From Phormidesmis sp. (GTDB taxonomy: Bacteria; Cyanobacteriota; Cyanobacteriia; Leptolyngbyales; Leptolyngbyaceae), in NCBI GenBank assembly GCA_965248535.1, contig CBDFJR010000002.1, forward strand, positions 192,001-256,000: 64,000 nucleotides of DNA, read 5' to 3'. Below are positions 1-10,796 of this stretch, in pieces. The notes beneath the pieces were generated by a model, which had not been told where the DNA came from, did not search any database, and saw nothing but the letters and a program-made list of their open reading frames with translations. The translations under genes and the position numbers were made by a program. Each line of letters opens with the position of its first letter. Within the stretch, counting starts at the first letter, position 1.

Positions 1-2
1 TC

Positions 3-125
3 ACCTTTGATTATTGGGCAGACCAAGCTGAACAGTTGACCCCCGTGTGGGATGAAGTCTTACGATCGCTCACTCTGGGTCTGTATATCCGTGACCCTAT
101 GAGCGGCACCGCTTTTCCTGACTAG
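3..125 (+). CDS. 3' end of a hypothetical protein, truncated by the window start
   Basis: Manual translation TFDYWADQAEQLTPVWDEVLRSLTLGLYIRDPMSGTAFPD*, open from the window edge to TAG at 123-125. Confidence 0.6.
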   Translation, partial: TFDYWADQAEQLTPVWDEVLRSLTLGLYIRDPMSGTAFPD

Positions 126-162
126 CGAGATGAGAACAAAGGTTAAATGAGGCAAACCATAG

Positions 163-207
163 CTAGACCCCCTACAAAAGCCAACCTGGGTTCTGCAAGG
201 GGTCTAG
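163..207. terminator. Hairpin between convergent genes, probable terminator
   Basis: CTAGACCCC...GGGGTCTAG inverted repeat. Confidence 0.5.
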
Positions 208-269
208 AGGGTGAGTTGCCCTATTGTCTAAATGGACAGGACACTCTGTGAGCTTCAGAAAGTTTGGGG

Positions 270-740
270 CTACTTGGTTTCAGCGCCGACATCTGCGTTC
301 TCGATTTTCTTGGCGGCTTGAGCGAGCGCCTTGCCAACTTTGTGCAAAGGCCCTTTAACGCCTCTGCCCGCTTCGTCCCCGATCGCGGTGGTCTGCTCAC
401 CCAACTGCTCTAAAACGTCAGCAATTTCACTGGCTTCAGACTTTTTTCCCTTTAGGAGCTTCTTCAGTTCTTTAAGACTGGCAGAGAGTTCTTTAAGGTT
501 TTCTTCTTTGTGACCCTTGAGAAAGTTCACCCACCCATCGACTGCCGCGATCGCCTCATCTGGCTCGATCTCGGTTAAGTCGCCGTGTAAAATTTCCACG
601 AGAGACTCCGCATCAGGTGATGCCTCGTCTTGGTCAGCATCGACCTGTTTTGCTTCTCCTGACTGAGCCTTGGTCGGTTGCTTCTCTTCGTCTAGGGTCG
701 AGTCATCGTGCTTGCCTTTTGTCTCTTTTTGAGATGCCAT
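270..740 (-). CDS. Hypothetical protein with an acidic low-complexity N-terminus and helical C-terminus
   Basis: 156-aa ORF with ATG start and protein-like composition; divergent from sigF. Confidence 0.7.
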   Translation of the reverse strand: MASQKETKGKHDDSTLDEEKQPTKAQSGEAKQVDADQDEASPDAESLVEILHGDLTEIEPDEAIAAVDGWVNFLKGHKEENLKELSASLKELKKLLKGKKSEASEIADVLEQLGEQTTAIGDEAGRGVKGPLHKVGKALAQAAKKIENADVGAETK

Positions 741-1074
741 CTTGGTGATTCCTTTGGTTAAAAGTGGCTAAAAGTTGCCGTTTGCTTAACCCCAAGTTAC
801 GCCTCTAACTCAGACGTTCCCTCTCTCTTGAGGGCAACATTAGACCCTGTTTGAAATCGCTCAATAGGGAGACGCAGGGTAAAACCTTGATCAACCCAAG
901 CCAGTCTACAACAGCGTCAAACCGTGTCAGTACAGTCGCTTCTCAGCTTGCGTGTTTCTGCCGACCCTCTAAAGCCCCGATCTAGATCAGTACCGTAGAT
1001 CGACGATGGTTGATTACTTTTCATAAATAGAGAATAAATTCAACGCTGATGTGGATGATGACCCCTTAAAAAAG

Positions 1075-1860
1075 ATGATGGCAACTCAAACTTCCCTTCG
1101 TTCTCGTGGCATGGAACTGTTAGTGTCCTACCATAACAAGCCCTCAGTTCGCACTCGGAATCAGTTAGTGCAGTTAAATGCAGGTCTTGTTCGCAAGATT
1201 GCTCATCGAGTCAGTCATCAGTGCGCCGAACCCTATGAAGATCTGGAGCAGATTGGCTATTTGGGTTTAATTCGCGCTATTGAGCGGTTTAACCCTCATC
1301 AAGGCTGTGCGTTTAGCTCCTTTGCAGTGCCCTACATTCGGGGTGAGATGCTTCACTTTTTGCGCGATCGTGCAGGTACGGTTAAGATTCCCCGGCGCTG
1401 GCAACAACTCAACAAAGAAGGGCAGCGAGTTCGCGAAGGATTGACCGAGGCCTATGGTCGGCAGCCGACGGATGAAGAAATTGCCAATGAGTTGGGAGTA
1501 GGGGTTCACGAATGGCGTGAGAGCAAACTGGCGGCTAGAAACCGTTTGCCTTTGAGCTTGGATGCCACGATTTGTCAGCAGCTTGACTCTCCGATGACGT
1601 TGGGTGACACCTTGCCCGATGCCCATTATCAGCAGCTTCAGCATTTAGAAGAAGACCGTCAGCAGTTGCAAAAAGCGCTGAATCAGCTAGAAGACAAAAC
1701 TCGGCAGGCGATCGAATACGTTTTTTTGCACGACTTGTCTCGAAAAGAGGTAGCCGAACAAATTGGGGTTAGCCCGATGACCGTGACTCGTCGCATTCAT
1801 CGAGGCATTCAGCAGATGGTTAGCTTGCTGCAACCTCAAGTTTTGCAATCCGACCCCTAG
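1075..1860 (+). CDS. sigF: RNA polymerase sigma factor SigF (SigB/F/G family)
   Basis: Region 2 (RNQLVQLNAGLVRKIAHR, EDLEQIGYLGLIRAIERF, FSSFAVPYIRGEMLHFLRD) and region 4 HTH; ATG at 1075 preferred over GTG at 1051. Confidence 0.93.
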   Translation: MMATQTSLRSRGMELLVSYHNKPSVRTRNQLVQLNAGLVRKIAHRVSHQCAEPYEDLEQIGYLGLIRAIERFNPHQGCAFSSFAVPYIRGEMLHFLRDRAGTVKIPRRWQQLNKEGQRVREGLTEAYGRQPTDEEIANELGVGVHEWRESKLAARNRLPLSLDATICQQLDSPMTLGDTLPDAHYQQLQHLEEDRQQLQKALNQLEDKTRQAIEYVFLHDLSRKEVAEQIGVSPMTVTRRIHRGIQQMVSLLQPQVLQSDP

Positions 1861-1901
1861 GGGTTAACTGGCTCTAACTTAGGTGTTCATCATCTCTAGA
1901 T

Positions 1902-1935
1902 ATGCCGGGCTGACGTGATTCAGTCCGGCATTTTC
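1902..1935 (+). terminator. Intrinsic terminator after sigF
   Basis: ATGCCGGGCTGA-loop-TCAGTCCGGCAT followed by a T run. Confidence 0.7.
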
Positions 1936-1966
1936 TATGGTTGACGTGAATTTGCGGTGTGATGGG

Positions 1967-4021
1967 CTAGCGGGCTTTCATATCCGCGATCGCGTTTCGC
2001 GTCATGGCAGCGATGGTCTGGTCGTTGGCTTTGGGTAAGTGATAATACTTACCGCCTGCCTGTTTTGCGAGTTCTTTAGCGAAGCCTGTTGAAACAAACT
2101 TATTTTCGGTGTCGATGACCAGCAGTTGAGTGCCCATCGCCCGGATCTTGCCTGCAATATCCAGCAGTTCGGCTTTGATGTCGGGCTTTTCACCATCGGG
2201 GATGGTTTCACCCAGCGATCGGGCCAGCGGCACATTGCCTCGACCATCCGTAATCGCCACAATCACAACCTGCCCAACATCGCCTGACTGTTTAGCATTA
2301 ATCCCTACTCGCACCGCTTGCGTTAAGCCGTGGGCTAACGGGGAGCCTCCACCACAAGCCATGCGATCGAGGCGGCGTTTGGCCGCTTCGATCGATCGCG
2401 TCGGGGGCAACAAAACTTCAGCCTGTTCGCCCCTAAACGGAATTAGAGAAACTTGGTCGCGATTTTGATAAGCCTCGGTCAAGAGGGTCAACACGGCTCC
2501 CTTGGCAGAGTTCATGCGGTTAAGGGCCATGGAGCCAGAGGCATCGACGACGAAGATAATCAGCGCCCCGGCTTTGCGGGCGAGTCTTTTTTGACGAATG
2601 TCGCTTTCTTCAACAAAGACGCGCTTGCGAGAAGCAGCACTGGTTTCGGGTCGGGTGTCTTCGGCGCGCTGACGACGAGATTTTTGGTAGGGAGCCGCCG
2701 ATCGTAGCGTTGCATCTACGGCTATGCGGCGCACTTTGCCTTTGGGCAACATGGGTTTGATATAGCGCCCCCGATCGTCAGAAAAAATGATCGATCGACT
2801 TCCCGATTTGCCTTGCCGGGTGGCCATTTGAGCAAAATAAAGCACGTCTGGGTCAAGAATCACGCCTTCTGCATCAAAGACAAACTCATCGGGAATGCTG
2901 GGTGGCTCCTGCTCCTGCTGGTCTTCGGGTTCTTCTTTTTCGTCTTGCTCGTCTTGATCTTGTTCAGACTCGTCTTGAGGTTCGTCTTGATTTTGCGGGG
3001 GTGGTGGCGGCGGTGGCGGATTTTCGTCGGGTGGGGTTTGGACGATCGTCGATCGGGGCACAATCACCAGTTTGACGGCTTGGTGCAAATCTTCGGCAAT
3101 CACATCGGTGCGTCCGTCCAGTGCAGCGTGGGCTTTGGCAACTCTGAGGGCAAACAACTCGGCTCGATGCCCCTGCACGCCACCCCGAATCGCTTCGTTA
3201 ACTAAGTAATTGATCTGCTCAGTGCTGACACGGACATCTTTGAGCCACTCTCGCGCCAGAATAATCTGGGTTCTCAGCGAGTCGAGATCTTCCGCATAAT
3301 CCTGAAGAAAAGCTTGCGGAGAGTTGGAGTAGCGAGTGGCTTGCTCAACGGCCTGCACCCGATCGTCCAAGTCTAAAACCGCATCGGCTGAGAGAGCGAT
3401 CGCGATCCGATCCAGCAAGTGTTCTCTCAGTGACCCTTCTTCAGGATTGTAAGTCGCGATCAGTAAGGGTTTACACGGATGCTGAAAACTGATGCCTTCT
3501 CGCTCGATCTGGTTGCGTCCATCGGTTAACGCCGTCAGCAAAAAGTTAGAGATCTGATCGTCTAACAGATTGATTTCGTCAATATAGAGAACGCCGCGAT
3601 GCGCTTCGGCCAGCAGCCCTGGCTGAAAAACAGTTTCGCCTTGCCGAATCGATTGACTGACATCAACGGAGCCGAGCAGCCGATCTTCGGTGATCCCCAA
3701 CGGAATCTGCACAAACGGCGCACGAATCACCTCTGTTGGGATATGCGCCAGATCGGTGACTCTCTCTAAGGTCAGATCGTCCCACTCTTCGGGCCGGGTG
3801 GGGTCGCAGTTGCTAAGGGAATCTTTGACCACCTCGATCGGGGGCAACAGCGCATGAATCGCCCGTGCCATCACCGATTTTGCAGTGCCTCTGCGTCCAG
3901 CAATCACTACGCCCCCCAGAGTGGGATCGACAGCAGCCAAAAGGAGCGCCATTTTGATGGCTTCTTGACCCACGACCGCAGCTAGCGGAAATGTGGTAAT
4001 CGGAGTCTCAACTACAGACAT
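1967..4021 (-). CDS. chlD: Magnesium chelatase subunit D
   Basis: AAA+ domain (GRRGTAKS), Pro/acidic linker, C-terminal vWA domain (DASGSM). Confidence 0.97.
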   Translation of the reverse strand: MSVVETPITTFPLAAVVGQEAIKMALLLAAVDPTLGGVVIAGRRGTAKSVMARAIHALLPPIEVVKDSLSNCDPTRPEEWDDLTLERVTDLAHIPTEVIRAPFVQIPLGITEDRLLGSVDVSQSIRQGETVFQPGLLAEAHRGVLYIDEINLLDDQISNFLLTALTDGRNQIEREGISFQHPCKPLLIATYNPEEGSLREHLLDRIAIALSADAVLDLDDRVQAVEQATRYSNSPQAFLQDYAEDLDSLRTQIILAREWLKDVRVSTEQINYLVNEAIRGGVQGHRAELFALRVAKAHAALDGRTDVIAEDLHQAVKLVIVPRSTIVQTPPDENPPPPPPPPQNQDEPQDESEQDQDEQDEKEEPEDQQEQEPPSIPDEFVFDAEGVILDPDVLYFAQMATRQGKSGSRSIIFSDDRGRYIKPMLPKGKVRRIAVDATLRSAAPYQKSRRQRAEDTRPETSAASRKRVFVEESDIRQKRLARKAGALIIFVVDASGSMALNRMNSAKGAVLTLLTEAYQNRDQVSLIPFRGEQAEVLLPPTRSIEAAKRRLDRMACGGGSPLAHGLTQAVRVGINAKQSGDVGQVVIVAITDGRGNVPLARSLGETIPDGEKPDIKAELLDIAGKIRAMGTQLLVIDTENKFVSTGFAKELAKQAGGKYYHLPKANDQTIAAMTRNAIADMKAR

Positions 4022-4096
4022 GGGATCTTAAGAATGATGCGGAACATTTGGCGGGTTGAAAGCCTGAAATCTTATACAGGAGTGTCGAGTCAGGAG

Positions 4097-4756
4097 CTAC
4101 ATCCCTTCACCGTTTTGGGATTGTTGGATCACGGCGCTCCAATCATCGTTTTCAACGGCGGACTCTAGAGTTTGACGGCGCTCGACTTCTGAGGTTGAAA
4201 GCTGGGCTGACTCTTGGCTGAGGGACTGATCGGCCATTGCCTTACGGAGTTTGAGTTTTTTCTCTTCATAAGCGTCTCGTTCGGCGATAGACATGGCGAG
4301 TTTTGCCGCCTCTGCGACGGTGCCCGCCCAGCGATCGCTCTCCTCCCTGTTACCGATCGGAACACTTTCATTCTCAGCAATCCACGCGTCTCGCAGTTGC
4401 TCCATCTCTTCGCGCTTGGGAAACTTAAAGGTTTTGAGCCGCAAAAATGCACAGGTGTCTTCGCCCAACTGAGTCACATGACCACTGAGAGAAAGCGGCA
4501 CATTGCGCGAATAGCCAACATATTGAAGCTGACGATCGCAGTTCAACACGGCATACACGCCCGCGATTTTTGCATTCACTGCCTGGGCAGACCACTCTGC
4601 CACTGACATGACCGCCTCGCCCTGACTGTCTAGATTAGGCGCGCTGGCTGCGGTCTCGGTGTGCTCGTCGTCAGAGCTATATAAAAAGCTGTGTAAGCCT
4701 TGGTGCGCTTGAGGGACATTTTGATGTTCGATCGCGACTGTGTTGTCTGCTTCCAC
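4097..4756 (-). CDS. GIY-YIG nuclease-family protein
   Basis: GVYAV...QYVGYSRN motif. Confidence 0.75.
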   Translation of the reverse strand: MEADNTVAIEHQNVPQAHQGLHSFLYSSDDEHTETAASAPNLDSQGEAVMSVAEWSAQAVNAKIAGVYAVLNCDRQLQYVGYSRNVPLSLSGHVTQLGEDTCAFLRLKTFKFPKREEMEQLRDAWIAENESVPIGNREESDRWAGTVAEAAKLAMSIAERDAYEEKKLKLRKAMADQSLSQESAQLSTSEVERRQTLESAVENDDWSAVIQQSQNGEGM

Positions 4757-4909
4757 TGGCGTTGGTCTCCGGTTCGCACTGCATCGAGCTGATCTCTATT
4801 ATCGGAGATCAAGGCAACCGAATTTTGCAATTTCGGGGATCATCCCCTCCCATTCTTTCTAAACATGGCGTAAACTTTTGTTAATAAAGTTTTAAGGTAA
4901 TTTTCAGAA

Positions 4910-5350
4910 ATGGCAACTCCTGCTGGATTTGGGAAGGCGAAACCGCAGCCAAAAAAGCCGCCAAGCAAAGGCGCTGAAAAGCGGGCTGAGGCATCGCAGC
5001 TTTACGATCAGTTTAAAGATGATGGCACGCCTGAATATGAGATTTATATTCGAGTGCAGGGCAAGAAAAGCTGGTTTCCAGTCGGGGCGATCGCGGTGAA
5101 GCGTTCCAACCAGATCAATCACGCCATTTTTGACAACTTAGAAGAATTACAAAAGGGCGCGTTTCGTTTATTTCCAGTGCTGAAAAAAAATCAGGCTCAG
5201 TTGGAGTATGGCTATCGTCTCAAAGGCGTTAAAGAGGACGAAATTGAGTTGGCTGAACGTCCGTCAGCAGGCTCAAATGCTGGAATTGGGGTTCAGAATG
5301 CGCTCTCAATGATTGGCGATCGCGTCTCTTCGCTCTTCAAACGTAAGTAG
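4910..5350 (+). CDS. HHL1-like conserved cyanobacterial protein
   Basis: GFGK N-terminus and W(F)PVG / LQKGAFRLFPVL / LEYGYRLK motifs. Confidence 0.7.
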   Translation: MATPAGFGKAKPQPKKPPSKGAEKRAEASQLYDQFKDDGTPEYEIYIRVQGKKSWFPVGAIAVKRSNQINHAIFDNLEELQKGAFRLFPVLKKNQAQLEYGYRLKGVKEDEIELAERPSAGSNAGIGVQNALSMIGDRVSSLFKRK

Positions 5351-5373
5351 ACTCTAGAAGGGATTTCTCGCAA

Positions 5374-5414
5374 AAAAATTCGCCCGTCCTGTTTCAGCGA
5401 TCGAGCGAATTTTT
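5374..5414. terminator. Bidirectional terminator
   Basis: AAAAATTCGC...GCGAATTTTT inverted repeat between convergent genes. Confidence 0.6.
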
Positions 5415-5425
5415 CGCCTAGGAGA

Positions 5426-6511
5426 TTAGCCCAGATTTCTCTGTAGCTGCAAGCCCAATAGCCCGGTTTTGATGTGTTCTAGGAGGCTGTCTTTGCCGGA
5501 AGCCCGATCGCACTGAGTCAAGAGCTTGCGACTGTTTTTGGCGACGCGTTTTGCACTGATGGTTTGCTTGTGAGGAGTGCCCCGTCCGGTAATAATCACC
5601 ACCAGATCAGCCTGGGCTATATGGCTCTCAGTCTGTTTTGCCCACTGATCTCCATCCTCGGCGGTGCACCAAACCAGATTGACTTTTGACTGCCGTAAAC
5701 ACTCTTCTACCTGCACCTTGACGTTATTTTGACCGCCAAAGATCACCACTTTTCCCGCTAAGTCTGCATAGGGATCAGGGGTTTCATCTCTCTCGTCACC
5801 CTCATCAGAGACGGTTGCCCGTGGGCGATTTGAGCCTCCCCCAGAGACTAATGTTAAGTGAGGAGGGTTTTGCTGCTGACGCAGTTTAGTTGCCTTTTCA
5901 TACATCCGAGACAGCTTCCATTCAGGAGTGCCCGCTATGACGATCGCTTTGCCTTCACGATTGCAGTCGTTGATTTTGTTGAGCAAAGCGTTGACCACTT
6001 CTTCGAGCGATTCTAAAGCCTTGAGATCTTCTTTGGCATAGTGAACCTCGATCGCCAGATCCGCCGCTTCGTAATAATTTTCTTGAGCCGCGATCGTAGC
6101 CAGCAGTTGCCGCTTTTTTTCGTGTCGACGGCGCTGAAGATCTTCTCGCTCACGCCGTCGAGATTGGGTGTCAGACTCTTCGCGCTCTTGCTGCTGCCGC
6201 CGCTCTTCGATGATCGAGCCAACCCAGTCAACCGCTTCTTGGGGCGAACTCTGACGATTGGCTAATAATTTTTCTCCCAGTTTGGGCAACTCATATTTAA
6301 GCTGATAGCGATAGTGGCGAATTCTCACCTCTAGCTGCTGATAGCGATCGTCTTCTGCGGGTGTGTTCAATCGTTGCAGGTCTCGTTGCAGGTCTTCTAG
6401 CTTGGTGCAAAAATGGTCTAACCTGTGCTGAATCTCAAGACAAGCCTCACGTTTGATAATGTCTGTTTCATAACTTTGGACAAATTGCTCAAAGGGATCA
6501 AAGCTTTGCAT
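5426..6511 (-). CDS. Coiled-coil protein with a C-terminal DUF2325-like domain
   Basis: Charged helical N-terminus; C-terminal KVVIFGG...ADLVVIIT...H..T..AK pattern. Confidence 0.7.
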   Translation of the reverse strand: MQSFDPFEQFVQSYETDIIKREACLEIQHRLDHFCTKLEDLQRDLQRLNTPAEDDRYQQLEVRIRHYRYQLKYELPKLGEKLLANRQSSPQEAVDWVGSIIEERRQQQEREESDTQSRRREREDLQRRRHEKKRQLLATIAAQENYYEAADLAIEVHYAKEDLKALESLEEVVNALLNKINDCNREGKAIVIAGTPEWKLSRMYEKATKLRQQQNPPHLTLVSGGGSNRPRATVSDEGDERDETPDPYADLAGKVVIFGGQNNVKVQVEECLRQSKVNLVWCTAEDGDQWAKQTESHIAQADLVVIITGRGTPHKQTISAKRVAKNSRKLLTQCDRASGKDSLLEHIKTGLLGLQLQRNLG

Positions 6512-6666
6512 GGTGTGACAACCTTTTGTGAGTTGGAGTGGGCCAGATGTTGACCCAAAGATAAATATTCTTAATATCTCTGTCTAAACTAGATAAGGTC
6601 AGGCGTGGAAGTACGGAATCCGCCCCGATCGAGCCTCAAGCGCGTTGTTGTCTTTACCTACACTTC

Positions 6667-7848
6667 ATGAAATACAGACGTTTTGGACGCACTGAGCTAC
6701 AAATGCCAGTGTTCACCTGTGGGGGAATGCGCTATCAGTACAAGTGGCAAGATGTCTCTGCAAAAGAGATCCCAGCCGACAGCCAGCAAAATCTAGAGGC
6801 GACAATTCGCCGTTCTCTAGAGGTGGGGATCAATCACATTGAGACGGCTCGCGCCTATGGCACGTCAGAGTTGCAGCTTGGACAAATTTTGCCAAACCTG
6901 CCCCGCGAAAAGCTGATTGTGCAAACCAAAGTTGAGCCGATGGCAGACTCAAAGGCATTTTTGAAAACCTTTGAGCAGTCGCTGCGATTTTTAAAGCTTG
7001 ACCGAGTAGATCTGCTGTCCATCCACGGCATCAACCTAGACAGCCATCTTGAAGAATGCCTGCGATCGGGTGGCTGTCTAGACGTGGCTCAAAAGCTGCA
7101 AGCTCAGGGAAAAGTTGGCTCGATCGGGTTCTCGACCCACGGCGCGACTGATGTGATTTTGAAGACCATTGCTACTAATCAGTTTGATTATGTCAATCTG
7201 CACTGGTACTACATCAATCAGGTCAATTGGGCGGCGATCGAGGCAGCCAATCGGCTAGATATGGGCGTTTTTATCATTAGTCCTTCTAATAAGGGCGGGT
7301 TGCTTTATCAGCCGTCACCCAGGCTTGTGGATCTCTGCGCGCCTCTTAGCCCGATCGTGTTTAATAACCTGTTTTGTCTCAGTCATCCGCAGGTGCACAC
7401 CCTCAGCATTGGGGCGGCCCGTCCTGAAGATTTTGACGAACATCTCAAGACGCTAGACTATTTGGATCGTGCCGACGAGGTGCTTTTGCCGATTGTGAAC
7501 CGATTAGAAGCGGCCGCGATCGAGCGATTAGGCTCCGATTGGGTCAACACTTGGAGAACGGGATTGCCATCAGTAGATCAAACGCCCGGTCGATTAAACA
7601 TTCCGGTGATTTTGTGGCTCCGAAATCTGGCGATCGCTTACGACATGGTGGACTATGCCCAGATGCGCTATAACCTGCTGGGGCAGGCGAGTCATTGGTT
7701 TCCGGGGGCGAGGGTTGACACGATTGATCTCAAATCGCTGCAAAAATGCCTAGCTAACAGTCCTCACGCTGACAAAATTCCAGAGATGCTGCAAGACGCT
7801 CACCAGATGTTAAGCGGCACGATCGTCAAACGCTTAGGCAGTTCTTGA
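6667..7848 (+). CDS. Aldo/keto reductase
   Basis: MKYRRFGRT start, GINHIETARAYG and IGFSTHG motifs. Confidence 0.9.
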   Translation: MKYRRFGRTELQMPVFTCGGMRYQYKWQDVSAKEIPADSQQNLEATIRRSLEVGINHIETARAYGTSELQLGQILPNLPREKLIVQTKVEPMADSKAFLKTFEQSLRFLKLDRVDLLSIHGINLDSHLEECLRSGGCLDVAQKLQAQGKVGSIGFSTHGATDVILKTIATNQFDYVNLHWYYINQVNWAAIEAANRLDMGVFIISPSNKGGLLYQPSPRLVDLCAPLSPIVFNNLFCLSHPQVHTLSIGAARPEDFDEHLKTLDYLDRADEVLLPIVNRLEAAAIERLGSDWVNTWRTGLPSVDQTPGRLNIPVILWLRNLAIAYDMVDYAQMRYNLLGQASHWFPGARVDTIDLKSLQKCLANSPHADKIPEMLQDAHQMLSGTIVKRLGSS

Positions 7849-8250
7849 GGGTTACCCCTTGAGAGGTTGACCCGCTTCTCGATAGTATTGGTCGCTTATT
7901 CATTCATCTGTCAAAAGTAGGATTTTTTTGATTTGTTCAATTGATTTGTCTGCGTTGACCTGATGCGATCGTCAAATCAGTTAGACTTTATTTTTCAATT
8001 TTCTGTCTAAAGTTATATGCCACAAGCCAGACATTTGTATCAATCAACTAAGCCTATGATGAGAGACAACTATCAGTAGATTTAAGCCAGTCTATTCAGT
8101 TTGATTTGTCAAAAAACAGACCCATCACAACTCGATCGATTGACAGGCTCAGACGGGGTGCTATTGCCAAAAAAGCCGACAAATTAACCCTGGTTCACTC
8201 ACGATCTGTCGCGCTTAGTTATGTTCTAAAAACTGTGGGAGCTTACTTGA

Positions 8251-8976
8251 ATGGATACCGATATTCGGATTACTCTTATTGAAGATCATGACTTAACCAG
8301 AGTTGGGATGAGAACTGCCCTTCAGCAGCGACCTGGGTTTAAAGTCGTCGGCGAAGCCGCAAACGGCACCGACGGTCTAAAGCTGATGACTTCTGCAAAG
8401 CCGGATGTCGCGATCGTAGATATTGGGCTGCCTGACATTGATGGCATCGAGCTAACCCGTCGCTTTCGTCAAGCCCAAGCAGAAATGGCCGATGAATCAG
8501 TTACTAAAGTCCTCATCTTGACCCTGCAAGACAACGAAGATGTTGTGCTAGCCGCCTTTGCAGCTGGGGCAGACTCCTACTGCATGAAAGATGTGAGTTT
8601 AGACCAGTTAGTTGAGGCGCTGCGCGTCACTCAAGAAGGCAACTCTTGGATCGATCCGGCAATCGCCCGTGTGGTGTTGCGGCAAGCGCGAGACACTCAG
8701 CCCGAAGACAGCACGGCTGTTGATTTTAAGACCGTCTCCATCAGTGCTGCCGAGCCGGAATATAACCAAATTATTGAAGCCTACCCCTTAACTGAGCGGG
8801 AGCTAGAAGTCTTGCAACTGATTGTGGATGGGTGCAGCAACGCCGCGATCGCCGAAAAACTCTACATCACAGTAGGCACCGTTAAAACCCATGTTCGCAA
8901 TATCCTCAACAAGCTATGTGCCGATGATCGCACTCAGGCCGCCGTCAGAGCACTGCGATCGGGCTTAGTCGGGTGA
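8251..8976 (+). CDS. NarL/LuxR-family response regulator
   Basis: REC domain (IEDH, VDIGLPDIDG) plus LuxR HTH (LTERELEVL...TVKTHVRNIL). Confidence 0.93.
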   Translation: MDTDIRITLIEDHDLTRVGMRTALQQRPGFKVVGEAANGTDGLKLMTSAKPDVAIVDIGLPDIDGIELTRRFRQAQAEMADESVTKVLILTLQDNEDVVLAAFAAGADSYCMKDVSLDQLVEALRVTQEGNSWIDPAIARVVLRQARDTQPEDSTAVDFKTVSISAAEPEYNQIIEAYPLTERELEVLQLIVDGCSNAAIAEKLYITVGTVKTHVRNILNKLCADDRTQAAVRALRSGLVG

Positions 8977-9422
8977 AGAAATCTGAGACTCTGTTCCAGA
9001 AATCTGCGCGATCGCTGGGTCGTTATCTACTCATAATTTGGGTCTGCGTCTCGCTGTGGCTGGTTGCCCCGATCGCGAGTTGGGCTGCCTCGGCTCCTGA
9101 CGCTGACCTGTCTGCGGTCACGTCCTCTAGCAGTCTAGCTAGACCCGACCCCAACAACATTCCTTCTGAGAAAGTAACGCAGTTTGTCAATGTCTATTTG
9201 CAGGTTGTGACCTTGATTGAGCGTCGAGAAGGAGAGCTACAGGCTGCCGAAACGGAATCTGAGTCACTCCGCATTCAGCGCGATATTGAACTGGAAGCGA
9301 TCGTGCTGATTGAGACCGCAGGCTTAAATCGTCAAGAATATTTGCAGCTTTTAAGTCTTGCCAACGCTGATCCTGAATTTAGTGAACGGGTTGTCACCCT
9401 CATCCAAGAGACTGATAGCTGA
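8973..9422 (+). CDS. Secreted DUF4168-like protein
   Basis: Signal-peptide-like N-terminus; helical domain ending GL.R.EY..LL.LA..DPEF; 4-nt overlap with the upstream gene. Confidence 0.65.
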   Translation: MKKSETLFQKSARSLGRYLLIIWVCVSLWLVAPIASWAASAPDADLSAVTSSSSLARPDPNNIPSEKVTQFVNVYLQVVTLIERREGELQAAETESESLRIQRDIELEAIVLIETAGLNRQEYLQLLSLANADPEFSERVVTLIQETDS

Positions 9423-9738
9423 TCCCCACTTGTTTCAAGCCACAAAGGGCTGAATTTTCTCAGCCACTAGAGCCGCACAACCAGAAATGAGTGATTAAAT
9501 AGGAAGACGGATTTAAGCAGGTGTCAATTTCTCATCTGTTGGCAACTGTTGCCAACTGAGGGGCTGTGCAGCAGGCGAGGGATCGCGATCGCGGCTGCTC
9601 TAAAATCTTGCCAAATCACCCCGGAGAGATCAGCTTCTATCCAAATTCATTAGCTTTTGTCGTCAAGGTGCATCGCCTTAACCCTCTAACCTGCCTGGTT
9701 TTTGCCCAGTTTCTAGCTCTGTTTAACAAGAACTCACG

Positions 9739-10617
9739 ATGACTAGCATCGCTCCCGTTTCCCAAACTGAGTTGACCCAGAGACGGCAAAAACTGCGCCG
9801 TCAGCGCCGCGTCAGGTTTCTGCAAGCCAGTTGGCGCAGTCTGGCGGTCACAGGTTTAGCGGGTGGGGCGGTTTGGGTTGCCACCTTGCCCGCTTGGGTG
9901 ATTCGCAATCCAGAGCAGGTTACAATCAAGGGCAATCAATTTATTTCTGCCCAGACCATTCGCACGCTGCTGCCGATCGCTTACCCTCAATCCCTGCTCA
10001 AAATTCAGCCTCAAGCCATTGCCGATGCGCTGAAATCAAAGGCTCCCATCTCTGAAGCAACCGTTGACCGTCAACTGTTTCCTCCAGGCTTAACGGTGAG
10101 AGTGCATGAGCGCAACCCGGTCGCGATCGCTCAACCTAGCATCTCCAAAATCGCGCCCTCTAGCTCTCAGCCTACGGCTGCCAAACCGTCTGACGGATCA
10201 ATTAACCCGACCCAGGCGGGACTTCTCGACGAAAACGGTAGTTGGACTTCGCTAGAAACCTATACCTCGCTGAATCAAAGCTTTAAGCTGCCGACGCTAA
10301 AAGTTACTGGAAAGTTATCGCAATATCGCCCAAATTGGACTAGTCTTTATCAAACCTTAAGTCGCAACCCGGTCAGAGTTTCTGAAATTAATTGGGAAGA
10401 CCCTAGTAATTTAATTCTTAAAACTGAGATTGGTTTAGTTCACTTTGGTCTGTATGGCGCTAACTTTGCCAATCAACTAAAAGCACTTGACCAGATGCGC
10501 CGATTGCCCAATCATGTTCGCCCTGACCAACTCTCTTATATCGATTTAAGAAACCCAGATTCCCCATTTATTCAAATGAATCCTTCAAAAACTCCTGTAA
10601 AATTAGGTACTCCTTAA
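9739..10617 (+). CDS. ftsQ: Cell division protein FtsQ/DivIB
   Basis: Basic N-terminus, one TM helix, POTRA-like region, YIDLRNP C-terminus; lies upstream of ftsZ. Confidence 0.9.
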   Translation: MTSIAPVSQTELTQRRQKLRRQRRVRFLQASWRSLAVTGLAGGAVWVATLPAWVIRNPEQVTIKGNQFISAQTIRTLLPIAYPQSLLKIQPQAIADALKSKAPISEATVDRQLFPPGLTVRVHERNPVAIAQPSISKIAPSSSQPTAAKPSDGSINPTQAGLLDENGSWTSLETYTSLNQSFKLPTLKVTGKLSQYRPNWTSLYQTLSRNPVRVSEINWEDPSNLILKTEIGLVHFGLYGANFANQLKALDQMRRLPNHVRPDQLSYIDLRNPDSPFIQMNPSKTPVKLGTP

Positions 10618-10796
10618 ACCAGTGCATGAGAAAGCTTGCAAATCCGCTGCTAGAAAACTTAACCTGATATCGTTAACCTAAATACTTTTTCGCTGCAATC
10701 GGTGTGGCAGCATCGTTCATTCTTCTGCCTTTTTTCTCTGATCGCCTAGCTTTGTCTAGCGCTGATCTCTTGTTCATAACCATCGCTGAAATTCCA

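Noticed and set aside
877..883. GGGTAAA upstream of sigF as a possible SigF autoregulatory promoter
   Set aside because: Too short to support without a TSS; the same string occurs in heptamer repeats elsewhere.
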